Made by a program: the position numbers and the translations under genes
Notes under the pieces: generated by a model
The model's database searches: none
The model's input: only the letters and a program-made list of their open reading frames with translations
What the model was told of the DNA's origin: nothing
Source of the DNA: a bacterium
GTDB lineage: Bacteria; CLD3; SB21
DNA: 64,000 nt
Assembly (NCBI GenBank): GCA_013360215.1
Contig: JABWCP010000003.1
Coordinates: 62,001 to 126,000 of the forward strand
Direction: 5' to 3'
Part shown: one piece after another, positions 39,324 through 49,414 of the stretch
Position numbering within the stretch: position 1 is the first letter of the stretch
Layout: each line of letters starts with the position of its first letter

Positions 39324-39352
39324 ATATTATTTCATTTCACCCCATTTGTCAA
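39324..39352 (-). promoter_or_regulatory. sigma70 promoter for the brx gene
   Basis: Minus strand TTGACA-17 bp-TAATAT. Confidence 0.55.
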
Positions 39353-39487
39353 TAAGGTATAATATTATATGTAACATTCTGCATAAATTTTTCGCACTGC
39401 AAATTATTTATTCGCTGTGCGAATCATCACAGCATCCATCCAACAATCTGATTACTATTTTTTAGTAGAAAAAACGGGACTATCGGC

Positions 39488-39895
39488 ATGTTTCACGAAA
39501 TAAAGAACGTATCCCAAAGCCGGGGCGAGCCTTTTCGAAGATGGTTTGAGGATAATTATTTTGATCTTGTGGTATGGTATAATAAGAATGGAAGTTTTTA
39601 TGGCTTTCAATTGTCTTATGACCGATACCGCCACGAACACGCCATAACGTGGTTTTCTGACCGGGGTTATTTTCATGATAAAGTGCAAAACACCGCCGGT
39701 TCGGTGGTCACTATGACACCCGTACTTGTAGCCAACGGCCCTTTTGATGCGCAACAAATCGCCGAACGTTTTCGTCAACACAGTGCAGGATTAGAAATTG
39801 AAATCGCCGAATTTATTTACGATAAACTCACACACTATGAGCAACTAAGACCATCCGATGCAAAAAATAAAAAAGCGGGGCGAACCCCGCTTTGA
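39488..39895 (+). CDS. Hypothetical protein (aromatic-rich, RRWF...DLVVW...GFQLSYD)
   Basis: 135-aa ORF filling the gap between divergent and convergent neighbours; globular composition. Confidence 0.75.
   Translation: MFHEIKNVSQSRGEPFRRWFEDNYFDLVVWYNKNGSFYGFQLSYDRYRHEHAITWFSDRGYFHDKVQNTAGSVVTMTPVLVANGPFDAQQIAERFRQHSAGLEIEIAEFIYDKLTHYEQLRPSDAKNKKAGRTPL
39862..39893 (-). terminator. Intrinsic terminator of the S41 peptidase operon
   Basis: AAAGCGGGG-TTCG-CCCCGCTTT followed by T run on the minus strand. Confidence 0.8.
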
Positions 39896-39922
39896 TAAAC
39901 GATCGTACCGGCGATTTAATTC

Positions 39923-41494
39923 TTATTTCTTTTTCTTGTTCTCCGAAAATTTCCGTGCTTCCGGGAAAAACTTCATGGATTCCTTCACGATCTTATCCGA
40001 CATAAGGCGAACCTGCGCGGCTTCGTAATTACCCCAAATATAACGGGCTACTTCCGCCTTAACCGCATTCAGCATGTCTTGTTTATCCAACTGAAGGGCT
40101 TTTTCGTCCACGGGTACCCCCTTGGAAGCGCCATAAGCCGCCAGATTAGCTATTTCATTTTCAGGAACATTAAAATTACGAATAAAATCATTTTGTTTGG
40201 ATTTATAGATATCGCGCAAACGTACACCATTTTTTTCAAGATATTGGTTTACAAATTCGCGCATGATATTTTTGCTCCAAAGTTTCACGTAGTACACGCT
40301 ATTGGTATCGTAATCCACATGAAAATCCGGAACGATGCCGCCGCCGCCGAACACTTTACGTCCCATCTCGGTAAAATAAACGTGACTGGAGTCGGATTTG
40401 ACGGACTCTACTTCGTGCGCTTCTTCGTAATAATCGTCGATTGATTTACCGTCATAGGGGCGCTGGATCAGACGGCCGCTCGGCGTATAATAACGCGCTG
40501 TCGTAACACGCAAAGCTGAACCGTCTCCGAGTTCGTACTGCGACTGCACTAACCCTTTTCCGAAACTTCTTTCACCGACGATCAGCGCTCGATCCAAATC
40601 CTGAAGCGCACCGGAGACAATTTCGGAAGCCGAAGCCGAACCACGATTGATCAGAATGATCATCGGCATTTTGCGATAGTCCGATTTAGAACTGGACACA
40701 TAATCTTTGGTCGAATTGGGGATACGTCCTTTGGTATAAACGATTTTTTTACCGCCGGGGATAAATTTATCCACGATCATCTGAGCTTGTTCGAGATAGC
40801 CGCCGCCGTTGTTACGCAAATCCAAGATCAACTGCTGCATTCCTTTGGCTTCGAGTTCGCGCAAGGCTTGTTCGATTTCCTCTTCGGTTGTTTCACTGAA
40901 TTTGCTGAAGTGAATAAAACCGGTCTTATCATCCAGCATGAATTTCGCATCCACGCTATACAGCGGTATTTTATCGCGAATAATATCAAACTCGAGTTGT
41001 TCAGACACACCGGGACGTTCGATCGTGATGTGCACTTTGGAACCTTTGGGTCCGCGTAATTTCGAAAAAACGCCATCGTTCGTAATACCTTTGGTAAGGT
41101 CACCGTCTATTCTGACGATACGATCGCCTGCCAGAAGGCCCGCTTTTTCCGACGGTGTACCGGGTATCGGTGTAACCACTGTCAGATTGCCGTCAACGAT
41201 TTCAAACGAAATACCTATACCTTCAAAATTACCCTGAAATTCTTCCTTAACGGTTTTCATCTCTTTGGGCGGAATATACACCGTATGCGGATCCAAGCCT
41301 TTGAGCGCTCCGGCAATCGCATCGTCCACCATTTTATCACCATTGACCTCTTCGACATACGTCTGTTCTACAAGATCCATGATGGTCTTGAGTTTGACGA
41401 GGTTTTTATACACATCGCCGGTGGATGTAAAACCCGTTACCGCAACAATGATCACCAGCACCAGAAGTACCGGCAAAATTATTTTCTTCTTCAT
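39923..41494 (-). CDS. S41 C-terminal processing peptidase (CtpA/Prc family), copy 2
   Basis: LDPHT, PDZ domain, DLRNNGGG, SASASEIV, SFGKG. Confidence 0.95.
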   Translation of the reverse strand: MKKKIILPVLLVLVIIVAVTGFTSTGDVYKNLVKLKTIMDLVEQTYVEEVNGDKMVDDAIAGALKGLDPHTVYIPPKEMKTVKEEFQGNFEGIGISFEIVDGNLTVVTPIPGTPSEKAGLLAGDRIVRIDGDLTKGITNDGVFSKLRGPKGSKVHITIERPGVSEQLEFDIIRDKIPLYSVDAKFMLDDKTGFIHFSKFSETTEEEIEQALRELEAKGMQQLILDLRNNGGGYLEQAQMIVDKFIPGGKKIVYTKGRIPNSTKDYVSSSKSDYRKMPMIILINRGSASASEIVSGALQDLDRALIVGERSFGKGLVQSQYELGDGSALRVTTARYYTPSGRLIQRPYDGKSIDDYYEEAHEVESVKSDSSHVYFTEMGRKVFGGGGIVPDFHVDYDTNSVYYVKLWSKNIMREFVNQYLEKNGVRLRDIYKSKQNDFIRNFNVPENEIANLAAYGASKGVPVDEKALQLDKQDMLNAVKAEVARYIWGNYEAAQVRLMSDKIVKESMKFFPEARKFSENKKKK

Positions 41495-41513
41495 ATATGC
41501 TCCGTTACGACCG

Positions 41514-43085
41514 TTATTTCAATTTTGCGTTTTGATCGGCAAATTTTTTGGCTTCACCGAAATATTTTGCCGTTTTGAGAATAGCGCTGTCCGTCATCGA
41601 ACGCACCTGGGCCGCCGCATAACTACCCCATATAAATCGCGCTACTTCTGCTTTGACAAAATTGGACATATCCTCTTTGTCTCGCGCAATGGCATCGACT
41701 TCTTTGGTAATTCCTCTTGATTCGCCCATCTTGATCAACGCATCAAAATCTTCGTCGCTGATCTGGAATCCCGAGGTGAATTTTTTGAATTGATCTTTGT
41801 ACTGATCGCGCAGTTTGGGTCCGTTTTTCTCAAGATAGTCGTTAGTAAAATCTCTAAAGATACCGCGCCCCCAGAGTTTGACGTAGTAGGCCGAAACGGT
41901 ATCGTTATCAATGTGATAATCCGGCACAATACCGCCGCCACCGAATACTTTGCGGCCGGATGCCGTGTAATAAATATGGGTCGTATCGGAGTGTACCGTA
42001 TCGCGGCGCACTTCGCCGTAATATTGATCCAGTGATTTGCCGTCGTAAGGACGCTGAATAAGACGACCGCTCGGCGTATAGTAACGGGCCGTCGTGACGC
42101 GCACCGATGAGCCGTCATTTAAATCAAATTGATTTTGTACCAATCCTTTGCCGAAGGTGCGTTCACCGACAACGATACCACGATCCAAATCCTGGATCGC
42201 TCCTGCGACAATCTCCGAAGCCGAGGCCGATCCGCGATTGACAAGAATTATGATCGGATATTTGCGATAGGTCGTTTTATCGCTGGAAAAATAATCGCGT
42301 GATGCGTTAGCAATACGGCCTTTGGTATAAACTATTTTTTTTCCGCCGGGGATAAATTTATCCACGATACGTTGCGCTTCTTCGAGATAGCCGCCGCCGT
42401 TATTGCGTACATCCAAAACCAGTTGCTGCATTCCTTGCGCTTCGAGTTCTTTGAGCGCTTGCTCGATTTCTTCTTCCGTTGTTTCGGCGAAACGTACAAA
42501 ACGTATATATCCGGTTTTTTCGTCAATCATGAACTTTGCGTCGACACTGTAAACGGGTATTTTGTCACGCACGATTTCAAAATCAAGCATTTCGTTGACC
42601 CCGGTGCGTTGTACGGCAATACGTACTTTGGTTCCTTTGGGACCGCGCAGTCTTGAAACGGCCTGATCTATGGTAAACCCTTTGGTGGGTTCATCATTGA
42701 TCTTTAAAATTTTATCGCCGGCCAATAAACCTACTTTTTCAGACGGGCTGCCGGGTATCGGCGTAACAATCGTCGGAATGCCATTGATCACATCAAGCTG
42801 TGAGCCGATGCCGTCAAAATTTCCCTGAAATTCTTCCTTAACGGTTTTCATTTCTTTAGGCGGGATATAGATCGAATGCGGATCAAGTCCTTTGAGGGCA
42901 CCGACGATAGCATCTTCGACCAGTTTGTCCGAATTGACATCTTCGACGTACGTCTGTGTAACGATCGAGAGTACATATTGTAATTTCTGAATGCTTTTGT
43001 AGGCGTTTTGTCCGGGCCCAGTAAACCCGAGGATACCTATCGCGGCGATACCTACGCCGACGGCAATCAACCATTTTTTGCGCAT
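41514..43085 (-). CDS. S41 C-terminal processing peptidase (CtpA/Prc family), copy 1
   Basis: LDPHS, PDZ domain, DVRNNGGG, SASASEIV, TFGKG. Confidence 0.95.
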   Translation of the reverse strand: MRKKWLIAVGVGIAAIGILGFTGPGQNAYKSIQKLQYVLSIVTQTYVEDVNSDKLVEDAIVGALKGLDPHSIYIPPKEMKTVKEEFQGNFDGIGSQLDVINGIPTIVTPIPGSPSEKVGLLAGDKILKINDEPTKGFTIDQAVSRLRGPKGTKVRIAVQRTGVNEMLDFEIVRDKIPVYSVDAKFMIDEKTGYIRFVRFAETTEEEIEQALKELEAQGMQQLVLDVRNNGGGYLEEAQRIVDKFIPGGKKIVYTKGRIANASRDYFSSDKTTYRKYPIIILVNRGSASASEIVAGAIQDLDRGIVVGERTFGKGLVQNQFDLNDGSSVRVTTARYYTPSGRLIQRPYDGKSLDQYYGEVRRDTVHSDTTHIYYTASGRKVFGGGGIVPDYHIDNDTVSAYYVKLWGRGIFRDFTNDYLEKNGPKLRDQYKDQFKKFTSGFQISDEDFDALIKMGESRGITKEVDAIARDKEDMSNFVKAEVARFIWGSYAAAQVRSMTDSAILKTAKYFGEAKKFADQNAKLK

Positions 43086-43098
43086 GAAAAACTCCCGA

Positions 43099-45288
43099 TT
43101 AACTTTGAAAGAATTTCCGCGTGTCGCGGGAAAAGTGCAATACTATACTTACGTTCCATTGATCATTAGGTTTCACCCACATCGGCCAATGTACAAAAAT
43201 GCATGACCCCTGATAAACCCGTTCAAATCCTTCTTCGGATAGTGAAACCGTTTCGATAGGATATCGCCAAACATCGGCCGCTTCAGACCAAGCGAGTGCG
43301 ATATTCAGATTTTGCCACCCGTCTATCATATTTAAACTCCGGATACCGGCAAATGTTCCCGACGACTGCATCGCACCGTCCGGCCATTTTCTGCCGCCGA
43401 CCGCGTAAAAACGATCCTCCGCTTGCCCGGCCAAAAGTGTCAGATTGATCTCCGTTCCGAATTTTGCTTCAACTTCGGTTTTGCCTTTATTGTGCCAGCG
43501 GTAATGTACCTCAATGCGCGGATCATCGCTGAATATTTTATATTTTTTTTCGATTCGCATCGGCGTCATCTTTAGTTCCGTTTCGCGCAGGCATGTGATT
43601 TCCACATAACGTTCGTATTCTTTTCGCTCCACATCATATGATGCATCGGCCAGATCGGCATATACGCTATAGGTCTGATTTTGCCATGCCTCCAAATCAC
43701 AATTGTCCGTCAACACATGATCTCTAAACGAACGGCGCTCGTATTGATCATAGATCAGATGCCTATGTAAATCCGGTTCTTTGGATAATACACGATCATG
43801 GATGCTGGCAATGCTGTCGTCCGATTCGGTATTTTTTTCAGATGGCTCGGTGATAGAAGCCTCCGCCAACTGATGATGATATCCTTCTTCCCGCCGGGTC
43901 AAAATGTCCGTCACGTGCATGGGAATTTCTTTGTAATCAATCTCAAAAAGCGTCGCACCGTGATGCGGATCAAGGTAGGCATTTAGCTTCGGCGATTCAA
44001 AAAGAATTTCATTTTTCCCGTTCGCATCAAAATCCGTTTCGTCCAAACGATACGGCTGTCCTTGGGTATATGCGTCCAGTTGATCGGTCAGTACTTCGGC
44101 GTTCAGCATATGCCGGTACACCGCAAAACGAATATTATTGAGGTATATCCCTCCAAATACGCCGTGCCAGTAAGGGCAATTGCATTGCGAAGCCCACAGG
44201 TGGTTTTGGGCGGATTCTAGAAGCGATTGTTTTACCTTATCATCTTTTGGAATAGCTTCTGCTACTTTGGCCAATCGCGCACTGACGCGTAACATTTTTT
44301 TATGCATACGGTTGCTCTCGGCGTACTTACTAAAAAAATTACGCCAAAAACCGCCACGCACAAACGCGTTGAAAGACTCAGCGATCTGCTCTTCTTTCAG
44401 TTTCGACTGAAACAATTCATAGTTACGATAACCGCTTAACGGCAATGCCCAGTGCAACATTTCACTATACGAAGCTGTCGGAAGGTAAATTTTTCCTTTG
44501 GGCGGGACCGATCGCAGGACATCGGAAAAATGGCATACTTCGATCCAATCCCGGTTCGCCTCAAGTGCTTCAAAAAAACGTTGAAGCCACCCGTTTTCAT
44601 ATACATGCAGAAACGTGTCCGGCCATATGCCAAACTTTTCGCCATCGTCCGCAAATACGGCTACGGCGTTCTCATTTTTTTCCGCAAGATCGCGCAGGTA
44701 ATCTATCGTTTTTTCCGGCGCTTCGAACGGGATGAGATACCGCAACTGTTGACTGATCGGAAACAGCGCCAGCGTTGCGCCCTGATCTTCCGTGATGTAG
44801 TATCCGCTCAAATCATCGGCCGATAAGCCGGCGTGAAGGAAATGCGTATCATCCAGTATCACATACCGCACTCCGACTTGATTGAGCACCGACGGTAAAT
44901 GCGGTTCCCACACACGTTCGGCCAGCCACATACCTTGCGTGGCTTGTTCGTACCGTTGTAAAAGATATTTTTGTAAGCGTTGAATTTGCCCGACCTGATC
45001 ACGATGTGGGATAATCGGAAGTATGGGCTCATAAAATCCGCCGCCGATGAGTTCGATCTGTCCGCGATCCGTCAAAGTGCGCAGCTGTATGCTGTATTCG
45101 GGATACTGTTTATCAAGCCATTCGTACAAGATGCCCGACGTATGCATGCCGACGCGAACACCGGGAAAATCCCGCAGCAAATCAAGAAAAGGCCGATAGG
45201 CATTTTGATAAGCCTTATCCAACACAAAATCAAAATTGCCAACAGGCTGATGGTTGTGAATACCCAGTATGAGGCGTATTTTTTTCAT
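43099..45288 (-). CDS. GH57 4-alpha-glucanotransferase/alpha-amylase
   Basis: HNHQP, WLAERVWEP, DDGEKFG, QCNCPYWHGVFGG, SEEGFERVYQG. Confidence 0.93.
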   Translation of the reverse strand: MKKIRLILGIHNHQPVGNFDFVLDKAYQNAYRPFLDLLRDFPGVRVGMHTSGILYEWLDKQYPEYSIQLRTLTDRGQIELIGGGFYEPILPIIPHRDQVGQIQRLQKYLLQRYEQATQGMWLAERVWEPHLPSVLNQVGVRYVILDDTHFLHAGLSADDLSGYYITEDQGATLALFPISQQLRYLIPFEAPEKTIDYLRDLAEKNENAVAVFADDGEKFGIWPDTFLHVYENGWLQRFFEALEANRDWIEVCHFSDVLRSVPPKGKIYLPTASYSEMLHWALPLSGYRNYELFQSKLKEEQIAESFNAFVRGGFWRNFFSKYAESNRMHKKMLRVSARLAKVAEAIPKDDKVKQSLLESAQNHLWASQCNCPYWHGVFGGIYLNNIRFAVYRHMLNAEVLTDQLDAYTQGQPYRLDETDFDANGKNEILFESPKLNAYLDPHHGATLFEIDYKEIPMHVTDILTRREEGYHHQLAEASITEPSEKNTESDDSIASIHDRVLSKEPDLHRHLIYDQYERRSFRDHVLTDNCDLEAWQNQTYSVYADLADASYDVERKEYERYVEITCLRETELKMTPMRIEKKYKIFSDDPRIEVHYRWHNKGKTEVEAKFGTEINLTLLAGQAEDRFYAVGGRKWPDGAMQSSGTFAGIRSLNMIDGWQNLNIALAWSEAADVWRYPIETVSLSEEGFERVYQGSCIFVHWPMWVKPNDQWNVSIVLHFSRDTRKFFQS

Positions 45289-45330
45289 TCGACGACAGTT
45301 TGACGCACGTATAAATGAATGCTCAACAAA

Positions 45331-46266
45331 TTATTCCACGATGGCTTGAATGAATGCATGCGGGTCAAACGCTTCAAGATCATCAATGCCTTCACCCACA
45401 CCGATATACAGTACAGGGATTTTCAATTCCTGCTGAATCGCCAGTACCACGCCGCCTTTGGCCGTACCGTCCAGTTTGGTCAGAATCAATCCGGAAACCT
45501 GCACGGCCTGCGAAAACTGGCGCGCCTGCTGAATGGCATTTTGTCCGGTTGTGCCGTCAAGCACCAAAATCGTTTCATGCGGTGCTCCAGAAATATGCTT
45601 TTCGATCACGCGACGCATTTTTTTAAGTTCTTCCATCAGATTAACTTTAGTATGCAGACGTCCGGCCGTGTCAATCAGTACGACATCATACTTGCCGGTC
45701 GTCGCCGATTGCATAGCGTCAAAAATAACCGCCGAAGGGTCTGCACCGTCGTTTTGGCGAATGATATCCACTTCGGAGCGGCGCGCCCAGATTTCAAGTT
45801 GATTACTTGCCGCCGCACGAAACGTATCGCCGGCCACCATGAGCACTTTTTTTCCGGTCTGTGCAAACCGATTGGCCAATTTACCGATGGTCGTCGTCTT
45901 GCCTGTACCGTTCACACCGACAATCAAAAGAACAAACGGTTTTTTGTCGGACATTTTTTCTTCGAGCGGTTTACCGGCTACGGGAATAATCAAATTTTCG
46001 ATTTCTTCTTCCAGTAATCGATAAATTTGACCGACTTCGCTGATTTTTTCCTTTTTAACGCGTTGACGTGTACGTTCTAAAATTTTATGTGCCGTCTGAA
46101 CTCCGATATCGGCCGTTATGAGAATTTCTTCGATTTCTGACAGCAAGGCTTCATCTAAAATCGTTTTTCCCTGGAGTACGGCGCTGATGCGGCCAAAAAG
46201 ATTTTGGCGCGTTTTGGTTAATTTTTCTTTGAGTTTACCGAGTAGTGAAAGCATGCTACCTTGCAT
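45331..46266 (-). CDS. ftsY: SRP receptor FtsY
   Basis: GVNGTGKTTT, DTFRAAA, DTAGR, TKLDGTAKGG. Confidence 0.98.
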   Translation of the reverse strand: MQGSMLSLLGKLKEKLTKTRQNLFGRISAVLQGKTILDEALLSEIEEILITADIGVQTAHKILERTRQRVKKEKISEVGQIYRLLEEEIENLIIPVAGKPLEEKMSDKKPFVLLIVGVNGTGKTTTIGKLANRFAQTGKKVLMVAGDTFRAAASNQLEIWARRSEVDIIRQNDGADPSAVIFDAMQSATTGKYDVVLIDTAGRLHTKVNLMEELKKMRRVIEKHISGAPHETILVLDGTTGQNAIQQARQFSQAVQVSGLILTKLDGTAKGGVVLAIQQELKIPVLYIGVGEGIDDLEAFDPHAFIQAIVE

Positions 46267-46648
46267 CTTTAAATGTAAAATATTTCCATCCGACTACCGC
46301 ACCGATACCCATAGCATCGGCGATAAGATCGGCTGCATCGCATGATCTGAAAGGAACGTACAGCTGATGCAATTCGTCCGAAACCGCATAGATCAACGCC
46401 ACTGACGCGGCAACCCCGGCCATCCATGAAGCCGATTTGCCTTTAGTTTGTCCATACGCCGCAAACGCAAACCACGCGGCGTATCCTAAAACACCGTACA
46501 AACCAAAGTGTACGACTTTATCCAAGTGCGGTATATCATACGACGGATATTCTTTTCCGGGAACAGACGACAAAATAAAAATCACGGCCATCCAAAAAAT
46601 CAGCGGCCAAAATTTTTTACGATCGAAAGAATTTTTCGTATCCATCAA
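46256..46648 (-). CDS. VanZ family membrane protein
   Basis: DKVVHFGLY, SDELHQLYVPFRSC...DLIAD. Confidence 0.9.
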   Translation of the reverse strand: MMDTKNSFDRKKFWPLIFWMAVIFILSSVPGKEYPSYDIPHLDKVVHFGLYGVLGYAAWFAFAAYGQTKGKSASWMAGVAASVALIYAVSDELHQLYVPFRSCDAADLIADAMGIGAVVGWKYFTFKDAR

Positions 46649-49038
46649 AACGCCTGCCCTAACGTCACCTGTAAAGCGATGCGAGAGATGTTATCGGCAT
46701 TGTCCCGGGTTATGTTTTCCACGGCGGTTCCCGACGCATTGAGGACTTTGAGTTTGCTGACGTCCTGAAGTTTATAGCCTACATCCACACGCAACGGTCC
46801 GATGAGCGTACGAATGCGCGTCCCGAGGCCAACGGCCGCTACAGGCATAGCCGGCAATCGTTTTCCGTTGTAGGAATTATTTTTGAAGTCGTAACGCTCC
46901 CATACTTTACCGTAGTCGGCAAACACGGCCAGGTCCATTCCGAGAATGGCTTCATTGGGATCGCGCGCTTTATAGAGTAAGTAACGAAATTCGACCCCCG
47001 CCTCCATAATACTATTACCACCGCTATACGTTAGCGTACCGCCGTTTTGTGCAACGATGCCCAGCTCACGGATACCCCAGCTTCGCACACTGTTGGGACC
47101 ACCGCCGTAGAATTTTTCCGTTACCGGAATTTCAGAACCTTTACTTCCTTCATACGGGATCGCCGAACCGCCGCGCGCACGAACCGCTAACGAAAGACGG
47201 TCCGTCAGCCCGAAATACTTACGGTTGTCAAGATTGAGTTTGATGAACTTAAGATCGGATGGTAAAACAAATCCCGCAAAATCGCTCGTCAAAAAAATCG
47301 AAACGCCTTCCGTCGGGTAAAAGAAATCATTGGCCGTATTATATGTCAAACCGGCGCGGGTATTGGTGGTAAAAGCCTCATTGATATCATTGGTCGTAGC
47401 GGCACGCCGAGTATCCACTGCTTTAAACGCGAACGGCGTAAAATTGACATTCAGTGCGGCAGTAATTTGACGAATAATCGTCGGTGTGACTTCGACGGTA
47501 ACCGCATCGTATGAAACGGTATTATTACGTTGTGCCGATAACGTCGTCAACAAATCATTATCCGCATCATCCCACATCGGTATTTTGAATGTCGGCTGGC
47601 GAAATGAAATTTTGGTTTCCATAAAATTGGCAAAGAATTTATCCTGTTCAAACCCTTTGCTGACCTGTGCGGAAACCTGCATTTTACGTGCACCGCCGTA
47701 AAAATTACGACTCTGCCATGAAAGTTGTAATGCGAGAAAAGGCAGATTGCCCCAGTGCGCTTCCCCTTCCGGTAAATCGCTGAAGTCGGTCGTAAACCCC
47801 ACACCCGGTTTGATGCTGCGTTCTTTGCGTTCGGCCACGGCGATGGTAATGTGGAGCGTATCAACCGGAATGCCATAGTCGGGAAGAAAAGCGCCTTTTT
47901 GTGTGATACGATTGGACGATTTGTGCAAAATCGAGTCGAGTTTTTCACTGGGCACCATCGTTGAGGAATCGAGTGAACCGCGTACTTTATTCATAATCGG
48001 CTTCGCCGATCGAAAAACGCCCAAACCGTTGATCTGGCCCATACTCAGATTGAGGCGATCCGGATTGAACGGGCGTCCTTCACGGTAGCGCACTTTACGC
48101 AATGGTACATAGTCTTCAACGATTTTGTCGGTCGTATCCGGCGTCGTGCCCTTGGGCAGGTAATCTTTGTAATAATTACCCTGCATCTTTGTTTTGCCGA
48201 ACACCGCATAACGTCCCGGTGTCACCGTGTATTCCAATCGTGCTTTACGTTTTTCGGTTGAAGCCGTGTCAATTAGCTCCGTTACTTCAGCGGCAAAATA
48301 TCCGTTTTGACTAAAGAGACGCTGAATGGCCGCCTTGGAAGATTCGATATTGATGCGATCCAGCGGGTCACCTTTACGGGTTGTGAGCAGCGGTAATATT
48401 TTTTTACGCTGAAATTTGGAACCCGGATCGGCGACGGGAATCGGGCTTTGAATATGGATATCAGGATCCTCGGCCAACGTTGTCGGTTCGCCTTCGTAAA
48501 TATAAATTGTTATCTCAATGCTTTCGCGATGCTTGTCAAATTTGGCCGTATATTTTACGATCGTCGCATCAAAATAACCTTTGTCGTTGTACAGTTGATT
48601 GATGACTTTTAAGTCATTGGCAAACGTCTCGGCATTAAAAAAATACCGATTGGCGCCCCACTCCGGATCATAAAATGTCAGCGACAAAATACGAATGAGG
48701 TTATTCCCCGTCCAGCTCACCGCGCGCGTAAACCATCCGAGCTGACGTTCTTCCTCTTCGCCGACCGTAAGACTGAGGTTTAATGTAAGATCATCAAAGG
48801 CATCTAAACCGGTTTCTTTACCCCGGCTATTGACACCCGTAAAATAATATTTTTTGTTTTTTATAAATACGCTGTCCTCCGCCGTAGGCAAACTATCAAT
48901 CCAAACGCCTGACGAATCTTCGTATAACGCGCGAAATTTTTCCACACGTCCGGAAGCGCCGGTCTGTGCATTGGCCGAGGTGTACGCGATCGAATAAACA
49001 CCGATACAAATAAGGAATGTAAAGAAACGGAAGGTCAT
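46645..49038 (-). CDS. Omp85 family (TamA/BamA-like) outer membrane protein
   Basis: POTRA-like GYF motifs, FYGGGPNSVRSW, TLIGPLRVDVG, terminal LGQAF. Confidence 0.9.
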   Translation of the reverse strand: MTFRFFTFLICIGVYSIAYTSANAQTGASGRVEKFRALYEDSSGVWIDSLPTAEDSVFIKNKKYYFTGVNSRGKETGLDAFDDLTLNLSLTVGEEEERQLGWFTRAVSWTGNNLIRILSLTFYDPEWGANRYFFNAETFANDLKVINQLYNDKGYFDATIVKYTAKFDKHRESIEITIYIYEGEPTTLAEDPDIHIQSPIPVADPGSKFQRKKILPLLTTRKGDPLDRINIESSKAAIQRLFSQNGYFAAEVTELIDTASTEKRKARLEYTVTPGRYAVFGKTKMQGNYYKDYLPKGTTPDTTDKIVEDYVPLRKVRYREGRPFNPDRLNLSMGQINGLGVFRSAKPIMNKVRGSLDSSTMVPSEKLDSILHKSSNRITQKGAFLPDYGIPVDTLHITIAVAERKERSIKPGVGFTTDFSDLPEGEAHWGNLPFLALQLSWQSRNFYGGARKMQVSAQVSKGFEQDKFFANFMETKISFRQPTFKIPMWDDADNDLLTTLSAQRNNTVSYDAVTVEVTPTIIRQITAALNVNFTPFAFKAVDTRRAATTNDINEAFTTNTRAGLTYNTANDFFYPTEGVSIFLTSDFAGFVLPSDLKFIKLNLDNRKYFGLTDRLSLAVRARGGSAIPYEGSKGSEIPVTEKFYGGGPNSVRSWGIRELGIVAQNGGTLTYSGGNSIMEAGVEFRYLLYKARDPNEAILGMDLAVFADYGKVWERYDFKNNSYNGKRLPAMPVAAVGLGTRIRTLIGPLRVDVGYKLQDVSKLKVLNASGTAVENITRDNADNISRIALQVTLGQAF

Positions 49039-49044
49039 AAGAAG

Positions 49045-49386
49045 TTATCTGGATTGTTTGTCCGGCAGAAACGTAGATTTGAGTTTAGCCGTATTGAGTC
49101 CGCGCAACAACGTCTCGTCCACTTCGATTTCATCCACGATGCCGATTACCGCCGCTTCGATGGAGAGTTCGTTGGGCGCTTCCGTAATGGCACGACGGGC
49201 GGCATGGCCGTATGAAACCAACACCAATTCACCGATGCCGGCCCCCAGCGTATCGGCGACGACCACAACATTGGTGTTCGGATCTTTATCAATATTTACG
49301 GGATGCACCATCAGAAAACGTAATGACTTTACATTTTCTACTTTTTTAGTCGCCCAAACATTACCTACCACGCGTCCGATGAACAT
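49045..49386 (-). CDS. EutN/CcmL bacterial microcompartment vertex (BMC-P) protein
   Basis: GRVVGNVWATKK, VADTLGAGIGELVLV, AAVIGIVD. Confidence 0.93.
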   Translation of the reverse strand: MFIGRVVGNVWATKKVENVKSLRFLMVHPVNIDKDPNTNVVVVADTLGAGIGELVLVSYGHAARRAITEAPNELSIEAAVIGIVDEIEVDETLLRGLNTAKLKSTFLPDKQSR

Positions 49387-49414
49387 GCGTCAATCCGTTG
49401 ATTAATGAAAATTT

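Noticed and set aside
45319-46017. 232-aa ORF antisense to ftsY, and similar antisense ORFs over lon, pgi, cgl and the giant gene
   Set aside because: Fully overlap well-supported genes on the other strand and lack protein-family features.
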